This document shows, piece by piece, positions 9,127 to 15,607 of a stretch of 24,000 nucleotides of DNA; within the stretch, counting starts at the first letter, position 1; each line of letters opens with the position of its first letter. The stretch covers positions 127,537 to 151,536 of the forward strand of contig NZ_OZ245846.1 in assembly GCF_965228935.1 (NCBI RefSeq), written 5' to 3'. Source of the stretch: Ulvibacterium sp. (GTDB lineage Bacteria > Bacteroidota > Bacteroidia > Flavobacteriales > Flavobacteriaceae). The position numbers were made by a program, and so were the translations under genes. The notes beneath the pieces are model-generated. The model did not search any database. It had not been told where the DNA came from and saw only the letters and a list, made by a program, of their open reading frames with translations.

Positions 9127-9552
9127 ATGCCATTTATAAAAGCATATGTTCATCTTGTTTTCAGCACAAAAAATAGGGTGGCTTTTTTGAATTCCCCAGA
9201 ATTAAGACAAAAGGTATGGAACCATATGAGGGAAAATGGCAAGGAAAAAGGAATTTATATTGACTTTGTCAACGGATATTCAGATCACTGCCACTGTTTA
9301 ATTTCCCTAGGTTCGGAACAAACCATTAGCAAAGTAGCACAATTGATAAAAGGAGAATCATCGTTCTGGATAAATAAAAACAAATTATGCAAGTGTAAAT
9401 TTGGATGGCAAGACGAATATTTCGCTGTTTCAGTATCCGAATCTATGGTAAATCAAGTACGAAACTATATTAAGAACCAGGAAAAACATCATAGAAAAAA
9501 GACATTTAAAGAGGAATATGATGAATTTATTGAGAAATATCAGTTTGGCTAA
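9127..9552 (+). CDS. REP-associated tyrosine transposase / IS200-like Y1 transposase
   Basis: 141 aa: MPFIKAYVHLVFSTKNRVAFL...YSDHCHCLISLG (HUH-type HCH motif)...VSESMVNQVRNYIKNQEKHHRKKTFKEEYDEFIEKY (candidate catalytic Tyr in the C-terminal helix). Confidence 0.88.
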   Translation: MPFIKAYVHLVFSTKNRVAFLNSPELRQKVWNHMRENGKEKGIYIDFVNGYSDHCHCLISLGSEQTISKVAQLIKGESSFWINKNKLCKCKFGWQDEYFAVSVSESMVNQVRNYIKNQEKHHRKKTFKEEYDEFIEKYQFG

Positions 9553-9599
9553 AGCCTATTCGAATTACTTCTTTTTTGCCTCCAGATAAATCTGGAGGC
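9547..9599. repeat. Right repeat/hairpin block of the RAYT-type element
   Basis: GGCTAAAGCC (9547-9556, overlapping the transposase stop codon), then perfect hairpin GCCTCCAGAT-AA-ATCTGGAGGC (9578-9599). Confidence 0.8.
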
Positions 9600-9631
9600 A
9601 ATTAAAATATTTCTTGAGTTTTAAAAATTTC

Positions 9632-10594
9632 ATGGACAACTACAATCCAACAAACCCCGAAATTTGGACAGGAAGAAAATCCGGTAAAAACCTGTACCTA
9701 CACGAAATCGTAAACTGTACGGATCTGGATTCAATCGTTCCGGACACTACTTCAAAAACCATCGCGATTTTGGGTTATGCCTGTGATGAAGGGGTAAGGC
9801 GAAACCAAGGAAGGATCGGGGCGATGGAAGGCCCGGATGCCATTCGGAGCCAATTGGGGAAAATGCCCAACCACTTACATCCCGATACAAAGCTGTTCGA
9901 CATCGGTTCTGTTCAATGTGTCGCCGGAGATATGGAGGAAACCCAAAATCTACTTTCCGTAAAGGTAGCCCAACTTTTGAAGAAAAGTGTATTCCCCATG
10001 ATACTGGGCGGTGGCCATGATTTGGCCTATGGACACTACCAAGGCATCAAAAAGTATTTGAACGGAGGCAGATCCATCGGTATTGTTAATTTTGATGCGC
10101 ATTTTGACCTTCGCAATAATACTGACGGCAACAATTCGGGAACGCCTTTTTACCAAATCGCCCAAGACTGTAAAGCCGATGGCACTAGCTTTAACTATTT
10201 ATGTCTTGGAATCCGGAAGGATGCCAACGATACGGTTTTATTCCAAACGGCCGATAAGCTCGGTGTAGGTTATATTGAAAACGAGCGTTTTAATCTTCAG
10301 CATGGGAAGGCCGTCGAACAAGAGCTTCGCACCTTTATTTCCAAAGTAGATTGCCTATATGCAACTATTGACCTGGACGGGTTTTCATCGGCCTATGCCC
10401 CTGGGGTAAGTGCAGCTTCACCTATGGGCTTTTTACCGGATATTGTTTTGGCGTGTCTAAAGGTAATTCTCCAATCCCAGAAATTGATAAGTATGGATGT
10501 TGCCGAAATGAATCCGAAATATGATATTGATAATCGCACGGCCAAATTAGCGGCATCATTGATCCATTCCGTAACACGGCAGCTAATTAATTAG
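9632..10594 (+). CDS. hutG: Formimidoylglutamase (arginase/agmatinase superfamily)
   Basis: GGGHDLAYGHYQG, NFDAHFDLR, YATIDLDGFSSAYAPGVSA (ureohydrolase metal-binding motifs); hut context. ATG at 9632; the track ORF start at 9614 is a TTG. Confidence 0.9.
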   Translation: MDNYNPTNPEIWTGRKSGKNLYLHEIVNCTDLDSIVPDTTSKTIAILGYACDEGVRRNQGRIGAMEGPDAIRSQLGKMPNHLHPDTKLFDIGSVQCVAGDMEETQNLLSVKVAQLLKKSVFPMILGGGHDLAYGHYQGIKKYLNGGRSIGIVNFDAHFDLRNNTDGNNSGTPFYQIAQDCKADGTSFNYLCLGIRKDANDTVLFQTADKLGVGYIENERFNLQHGKAVEQELRTFISKVDCLYATIDLDGFSSAYAPGVSAASPMGFLPDIVLACLKVILQSQKLISMDVAEMNPKYDIDNRTAKLAASLIHSVTRQLIN

Positions 10595-11752
10595 CTATTC
10601 CAACCAGCTCTTATAGTACTTCCCATCATCAATATCCAAAGCGGTCTGTGTTAGCTGCAGTGGTTTAAAGGTATCGATCATCACGGCCAGCTCCTCGGTC
10701 TTGGTCTTTCCGATACTGGCCTCATAGGTACCCGGATGTGGCCCATGGGGAATACCGGCGGGATGTAGGGAAATATATCCCTTATCAATGTTCTTGCGGC
10801 TCATAAAATCCCCATCAACATAGTACAGCACCTCATCGGAATCGATATTCGAATGGTTGTACGGGGCTGGAATCGCCTCTGGGTGATAGTCATACAATCG
10901 CGGTACAAAGGAACAGACCACAAAAGCCGAGGTCTCAAAAGTCTGGTGCACTGGCGGTGGTTGGTGTACCCTTCCCGTAATCGGTTCAAAATTATGGATT
11001 GAAAATCCATAGGGATAATTATAGCCGTCCCAGCCCACTACGTCAAAGGGATGGGTTGCGTAGACCATATGGTGCAATTGCCCTTGTTTTTTAATCTTTA
11101 ATACAAACTCGCCTTTTTCATCATAGGTACGCAAGTTCCCGGGTAGCTTGAAATCCCGTTCGCAAAAAGGCGAATGTTCCAGATGTTGCCCAAACCAATT
11201 TCGATAGCGCTTGGGTGTATATATGGGATGGTAACTTTCCGTGATGAGCAGTCGGTTGTCCGCACCGTCAAATTCAATCTGATAGATCATGCCCCGCGGA
11301 ATTAAAAGGTAATCCCCGTATTCAAAGGGAATTTCCCCCAAGAAAGTCTTTAAAGTGCCTGTTCCCCTATGGACGAAAAGGAGTTCGTCGGCATCCGCGT
11401 TTTTGTAAAAATAATCTGTGACCGAGCTTTTAGGCGCGGCCAAAGCCACATGAACGTCGGAATTGAACAAAACCGTTTTCCGGCTCTCCAGATAATCCTC
11501 CTCGGGTCGTATTTCAAAACCCTTCAACAATCGGGAAGCCATATTGTATTCCACTGCTGCTTTGGGAGTTATATCCAAGGCCTTTTGAATAGACTTGACC
11601 TGTGTAGGCCTATGCAAATGGTAGATTAAGGAAGACATTCCATCAAAACCGATGGTGCCGAACAACTGTTCGTAATGCAGGGTTCCATCGTTCTTTTTAA
11701 AAATAGTATGTCGCTTCTGGGGTATCTTGCCCAATTTGTGATACAATGGCAT
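10595..11752 (-). CDS. hmgA: Homogentisate 1,2-dioxygenase
   Basis: 385 aa: DELLFVHRGTGTLKTFLGEIPFEYGDYLLIPRGMIYQIEF, VVGWDGYNYPYGFSIHNFEPITGRVHQPPPVHQTFE, SLHPAGIPHGPHPGTYEAS. Confidence 0.92.
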   Translation of the reverse strand: MPLYHKLGKIPQKRHTIFKKNDGTLHYEQLFGTIGFDGMSSLIYHLHRPTQVKSIQKALDITPKAAVEYNMASRLLKGFEIRPEEDYLESRKTVLFNSDVHVALAAPKSSVTDYFYKNADADELLFVHRGTGTLKTFLGEIPFEYGDYLLIPRGMIYQIEFDGADNRLLITESYHPIYTPKRYRNWFGQHLEHSPFCERDFKLPGNLRTYDEKGEFVLKIKKQGQLHHMVYATHPFDVVGWDGYNYPYGFSIHNFEPITGRVHQPPPVHQTFETSAFVVCSFVPRLYDYHPEAIPAPYNHSNIDSDEVLYYVDGDFMSRKNIDKGYISLHPAGIPHGPHPGTYEASIGKTKTEELAVMIDTFKPLQLTQTALDIDDGKYYKSWLE

Positions 11753-11883
11753 AATAACTGGTTTTAATCTCTTTTAAAAATACAACAAATAACACAGTAT
11801 ATTTTATCGGCCTGCAGAATTGCAACTTTATTAAAACAATTGACAATCAACTAATTATACCTAATAAAAATATCCTAAACGTT

Positions 11884-11913
11884 GGAAATTCGAATGGAAA
11901 TCCATCGAATTCC
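11884..11913. repeat. Imperfect inverted repeat GGAAATTCGAATGGA / TCCATCGAATTCC
   Basis: The arms are complementary apart from two bulged bases; located in the ndh-hmgA intergenic region. Confidence 0.5.
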
Positions 11914-11997
11914 CGAAAGATTGATAATATAGCCCTAAAAGTGGATTTCAAGAGAAATTCGGTTTAAACCAAAACCTTGAGGTGGAATATCGCCCAT

Positions 11998-12024
11998 AAA
12001 AAAAGCCTCCCATTATGGAAAGCC
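11998..12024 (-). terminator. Candidate intrinsic terminator downstream of ndh
   Basis: On the minus strand: GCTTTCC-ATAAT-GGGAGGC (7-bp stem including two G-U pairs) followed by an 8-T run. A second small dyad CCCAGACC-TTAAC-GGTCATGGG lies at 12035-12056. Confidence 0.5.
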
Positions 12025-12117
12025 TTTCATTGGCCCAGACCTTAACGGTCATGGGTCACAACACAACGCTGCAAATATAGCAAAGGTTTTCAACAAAACG
12101 ACAAAACCTATCGTCTT

Positions 12118-13395
12118 TTATGTTTTGGGCCTAAAGGGTCGAACGATGAGTCGGGCCGCCTTGTCATAATTAATGTAGTTGTACGCCCAGTTAAAGAACA
12201 CGATGACCCTATTTCGAAAGCCTACCAAGGCCATTAAATGCACGAACATCCAGATAAACCAAGCGAAGAATCCTCCGAACTTCAATCTATGCAGATCCAC
12301 AACGGCCTTGTTCCTACCCACGGTGGCCATGGTTCCCTTATCGTTATAAGTAAAAGGTTCCATAGGTTTTTCCTCCAGGAGCAGTTTTAAGTTTTTTGCC
12401 AAAAGCTCCCCTTGTTGTATGGCCGGTTGGGCTACTTGGGGATGCCCGTTTGGATAGGGTTCCGTTTCCATATAGGCAACATCACCAATGGCAAATATGT
12501 TGTTGTAATTCTTTACTTGATTAAATCGATTTACTTTAAACCGATTGAGTCGTTCCATCATAGAGGAGGCATCGATACCTTCTATGGCGGCACCCGTAAC
12601 CCCTGCGGTCCATATAAAATTTTTGGTGCGCATGCGCTCACCGTTGTTCATAATCAGTGTCTCTCCGTCAAAATCCTGTACCAAGGTGTTCAGAAAAATC
12701 TTTACTCCCAATTCCTCTAAAAACTTGGTTGCCTTTTTGGAGGCTTGTTCGCTCATAGGAGGCAAAACCCTATCGGCGCCCTCAAAGAGGTGTATCTCCA
12801 TCTCATCTACATTTAGATGTCTGTAATCCCTGGGAAATACATGACGTTTCAATTCTGCGAACGCACCGGCGAGTTCAACCCCTGTTGGGCCGGCGCCCAC
12901 GATACAAAAGTTGAGTAAGGCCTTTCGCTCTTCCAAATCATCACAATCATCGGCCTTTTCAAAATTTTGGAGCATTAAGCTTCGTATGTTGAGCGCCTGC
13001 GGTACATTTTTCATGGCCATGGCGTGTTCCGCAATGGTGGCATTGCCAAAAAAGTTGGTTTTGGTTCCCGTGGCAATAATCAGGTAATCATAAGAGAGAC
13101 TACCAATATTGGTGATTACTCGATTGTGCTGCGGTTCTAAGCGTTCTACCGTAGCCCAGCGAAAATGAAAGTTTTTGAGATGCTTTAGTACTTTGCGGAT
13201 CGGATAAGCGATGGAATCCGGTTCCAAACCACTGGTGGATACTTGATAAAGCAAAGGTTGGAAGGTGTGGTAGTTGTGCCTGTCTATCATTACCACTTGC
13301 ACATCCAAGTTTTTAAGTTTTTTTGCCAAGGATATTCCGGCAAATCCACCACCTATAATGACCACTCTTTTTTGATCCGTCTCGGGTAGGTTCAT
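12118..13395 (-). CDS. ndh: Type II NADH dehydrogenase (NAD(P)/FAD-dependent oxidoreductase)
   Basis: RVVIIGGGFAGISLAKKLKNLDVQVVMIDRHNYHTFQPLLYQVSTSGLEPDSIAYPIR, FCIVGAGPTGVELAGAFAEL, NNIFAIGDVA; C-terminal hydrophobic helix. Confidence 0.92.
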   Translation of the reverse strand: MNLPETDQKRVVIIGGGFAGISLAKKLKNLDVQVVMIDRHNYHTFQPLLYQVSTSGLEPDSIAYPIRKVLKHLKNFHFRWATVERLEPQHNRVITNIGSLSYDYLIIATGTKTNFFGNATIAEHAMAMKNVPQALNIRSLMLQNFEKADDCDDLEERKALLNFCIVGAGPTGVELAGAFAELKRHVFPRDYRHLNVDEMEIHLFEGADRVLPPMSEQASKKATKFLEELGVKIFLNTLVQDFDGETLIMNNGERMRTKNFIWTAGVTGAAIEGIDASSMMERLNRFKVNRFNQVKNYNNIFAIGDVAYMETEPYPNGHPQVAQPAIQQGELLAKNLKLLLEEKPMEPFTYNDKGTMATVGRNKAVVDLHRLKFGGFFAWFIWMFVHLMALVGFRNRVIVFFNWAYNYINYDKAARLIVRPFRPKT

Positions 13396-13488
13396 GCAGC
13401 AATTTTGTACAAAATTACGTATTCTTTTACCGTTATCTTAACAGTCCCAAATAAAGATTTGTACTACCTTGAAAACAAAAAAATCGCA

Positions 13489-13716
13489 ATGCAAAGTACT
13501 GCAATGTTCTGGGTAGGAATCACCACCTTACTTCTGGTAACGGTAACTATTATGGTCGCTATGGACTTTCCGTTCAATTGGGTCTTTTATTTGACCGTTT
13601 TGGGACAAATTCTAATAGTCTATATGGTCTATAAGGTCTTGACCGATAACTATACCACGGATAAAACCTTTAAGGATTTTTATGAGGATTACCCCATAGG
13701 TGAGCGTCTCCATTAG
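13489..13716 (+). CDS. Small hypothetical membrane protein (75 aa, two predicted TM segments)
   Basis: MQSTAMFWVGITTLLLVTVTIMVAMDFPFNWVFYLTVLGQILIVYMVYKVLTDNYTTDKTFKDFYEDYPIGERLH; ATG 13489 fits better than the track start at 13405. Confidence 0.65.
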   Translation: MQSTAMFWVGITTLLLVTVTIMVAMDFPFNWVFYLTVLGQILIVYMVYKVLTDNYTTDKTFKDFYEDYPIGERLH

Positions 13717-13808
13717 AAATCACTTTCTACAAGAGTTTTACCGCCAAATCCTATCGGATAAGGAAAACCGAATTCAAAGGGATTACTTCTTCCAATGTCG
13801 GCCAAATA

Positions 13809-14711
13809 TTATTTGGATATTGACATTTCCTGTTCCCTTTTGTGCCTGTAAGGTGCACTCATGCCCAATTCAGGAATTACCAACAAGGGTATCCGTGTAT
13901 GGAAGGCCATCCGTTTTACTACAGGTTCCCGGGTCATACGTTCCATATAACTGTGTTGATAATGAAGCATGGCCAATAGGTGGATATCCAACTCGTTCAC
14001 GAAAACTTCCAAGGTCTTGGACACGGAATTCAATTCGGAAACCGTATGTACATAATGCTCTACATCGGAAAGGTATTTGCGCAACATATTGAGATTGAAT
14101 TGCTGAATCTCGGTCAAGGCCTTAATTTCATATTGAACGTATACAATACGGATTACGGCCTTAAAGGTATTCGCAAGTTCCATCAACGGTATAAGCTCGG
14201 ATTCCGTGTAAAAACGGTTGAAGTCCGTAGCAAAGGCAATTTCCGAGGGGGCTGCAAATTTAAAATGTTGTGGAACGGCCAGAACGGGGCAATTTTTGAC
14301 CGATTTTATAATTCGGACCGTATTGCTTCCCATAAAGACCTCTTCCAATCCGGAAGCGCCTTTTGTCCCGGTTACCACAAGGTCTATCTCTTCTTGTTCT
14401 ACAACTTCCTTGATTTCCTCGGTCAATAAACAAAACGAGGACATGGTCTTAAAATGGTGCTTTGGATTACTATAGTTCTCCTGTATACGCTTCACTACTC
14501 CCTGTAGACCGTTCTCGGAACAGGCCCGTGCCCCATCCTCCAAACTGCCGGTATCCAAGGTGGCCGCCATAAATCTACTATTGGCAATTGCGGGGGTATA
14601 TGTATTGAGTAAGTGGAAAACACATTCTTCGTCCTTAAAAAGCTCCATGGCGTATTGCGTGGCATTCCACGCATTATCGGAAAAATCGGTAGGTAATAAT
14701 ATGCTTTTCAT
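13809..14711 (-). CDS. Universal stress protein, tandem UspA domains
   Basis: MKSILLPTDFSDNAWNATQYAMELF...DLVVTGTKGASGLEEVFMGSNTVRIIKSVKNCPVLAVP (ATP-binding G-x2-G-x9-G-S/T pattern), second degenerate Usp domain. The annotated ORF extends to 14762, but the Usp start is ATG 14711. Confidence 0.9.
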   Translation of the reverse strand: MKSILLPTDFSDNAWNATQYAMELFKDEECVFHLLNTYTPAIANSRFMAATLDTGSLEDGARACSENGLQGVVKRIQENYSNPKHHFKTMSSFCLLTEEIKEVVEQEEIDLVVTGTKGASGLEEVFMGSNTVRIIKSVKNCPVLAVPQHFKFAAPSEIAFATDFNRFYTESELIPLMELANTFKAVIRIVYVQYEIKALTEIQQFNLNMLRKYLSDVEHYVHTVSELNSVSKTLEVFVNELDIHLLAMLHYQHSYMERMTREPVVKRMAFHTRIPLLVIPELGMSAPYRHKREQEMSISK

Positions 14712-14765
14712 AGATCTGAGTCTAATTGTACAAGGTAAAATTAACCTAGTATATAGGCTCAAACT

Positions 14766-14779
14766 ATGATATATGTCAG
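14766..14779 (-). promoter_or_regulatory. Candidate FNR/CRP-like site upstream of the uspA-like gene
   Basis: Minus strand CTGACATATATCAT, 54 nt upstream of the start codon at 14711. Confidence 0.6.
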
Positions 14780-14782
14780 CTT

Positions 14783-15487
14783 TTAAAAGCCCTCCACTAA
14801 ATCCTGAAGTCTTCGCTCATCGGCAATTCCGATTCTCTTTCCTGAAGTTTTTAAGAATCCTTTTTTTCTAAATTCCGAAATAATGCGGATGCAACTTTCT
14901 GTGGCGGTGCCTACCACGTTGGCTATGTCCTCCCTGGACAGGGTAAGCAATAAAAACCCATCTTTGTCTTCCCCGAAATTATTCTTCAGGTAAAGAAAGG
15001 CCTCGGCAACTCTTTGTTTTACTGTTTTTTGGCTCATGTTAACGATTACATCGTCCGCCTCCCTCAAGTCATGGGCCATATGCCGGAGTACTTCCACGGT
15101 AAAGTCGGGATTGGATTTTAGGGTATGGACAATGCTCTCCTTTGGAATATAGCACACTTCCATATCGTTTATCGCAACAGCACTTAAATTGGAATGCTCT
15201 TCGGCAATTATGGAGCGCTGTCCCATCACTTCTCCCTTTGTGGCCAGTTTTACGATTTGATCCTTGCCGTTGGCACTTAATTTGGAAAGCTTCGAGACCC
15301 CATTGCGAACACAAAAAACTCCATTGAGTTTTTCCCCTTCCTCAAAAATGGATTCCCCCTTTTTTATTTTTCTGGTAGTTTTGGAATCGGATACCTTTTT
15401 AAGTTCCTCCTTGCTCATGGCGCGCAACGCATTAAACTGGCGTATGATACATTGCTCACATCTACTTTCGTGCTCCTCCTTATCCAT
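14783..15487 (-). CDS. Crp/Fnr family transcriptional regulator
   Basis: 234 aa; N-terminal CEQC, cNMP-binding-like domain IKKGESIFEEGEKLNGVFCVRNG, HTH LSREDIANVVGTATESCIRIISEFRKKGFL. Confidence 0.92.
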   Translation of the reverse strand: MDKEEHESRCEQCIIRQFNALRAMSKEELKKVSDSKTTRKIKKGESIFEEGEKLNGVFCVRNGVSKLSKLSANGKDQIVKLATKGEVMGQRSIIAEEHSNLSAVAINDMEVCYIPKESIVHTLKSNPDFTVEVLRHMAHDLREADDVIVNMSQKTVKQRVAEAFLYLKNNFGEDKDGFLLLTLSREDIANVVGTATESCIRIISEFRKKGFLKTSGKRIGIADERRLQDLVEGF

Positions 15488-15538
15488 ACCTCATCTTTGT
15501 TGGGTTGTTACGAAAAATTGTATAAAAATATTGAAAAG

Positions 15539-15552
15539 CTGACAATTATCAT
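15539..15552 (+). promoter_or_regulatory. Candidate FNR/CRP-like site between the crp/fnr gene and ccoI
   Basis: CTGACAATTATCAT, 55 nt upstream of the ccoI ATG; followed by TATGTTTG (15556-15563), a match to the Bacteroidota -7 consensus TAnnTTTG. Confidence 0.6.
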
Positions 15553-15569
15553 ATCTATGTTTGTAAAAC

Positions 15570-15585
15570 TTGCAAATATTTGCAA
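15570..15585. promoter_or_regulatory. Perfect 16-bp palindrome TTGCAAATATTTGCAA in the ccoI leader
   Basis: The sequence equals its reverse complement; 22 nt upstream of the ccoI start. Confidence 0.5.
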
Positions 15586-15607
15586 AAGGTATAGTAAGCA
15601 AATGTGA

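Larger units (their letters stand above)
8977..9599 (+). mobile_element. Small IS200-like/RAYT-type mobile element inserted between hutU and hutG
   Basis: Single Y1 transposase gene bracketed by a perfect 14-bp inverted repeat (9077-9090 / 9543-9556) and by direct modules GGCTAAAGCC...CCTCCWGATAAATCWGGAGGCA on both sides. The outer boundaries are estimates. Confidence 0.65.

Noticed and set aside
8977-9599. Repeats around the transposase as a CRISPR array
   Set aside because: Repeats are short palindromes with irregular spacing and flank a Y1 transposase; no direct-repeat/spacer periodicity and no cas genes.
11846-11856. TTGACAATCAA upstream of hmgA as an FNR/CRP box
   Set aside because: The half-site spacing (TTGA-N3-TCAA) is three bases short of the FNR-type geometry seen at the three other sites.
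13700-14092. 130-aa plus-strand ORF overlapping the uspA-like gene
   Set aside because: Overlaps the well-supported Usp gene on the opposite strand; sequence has no recognisable family.
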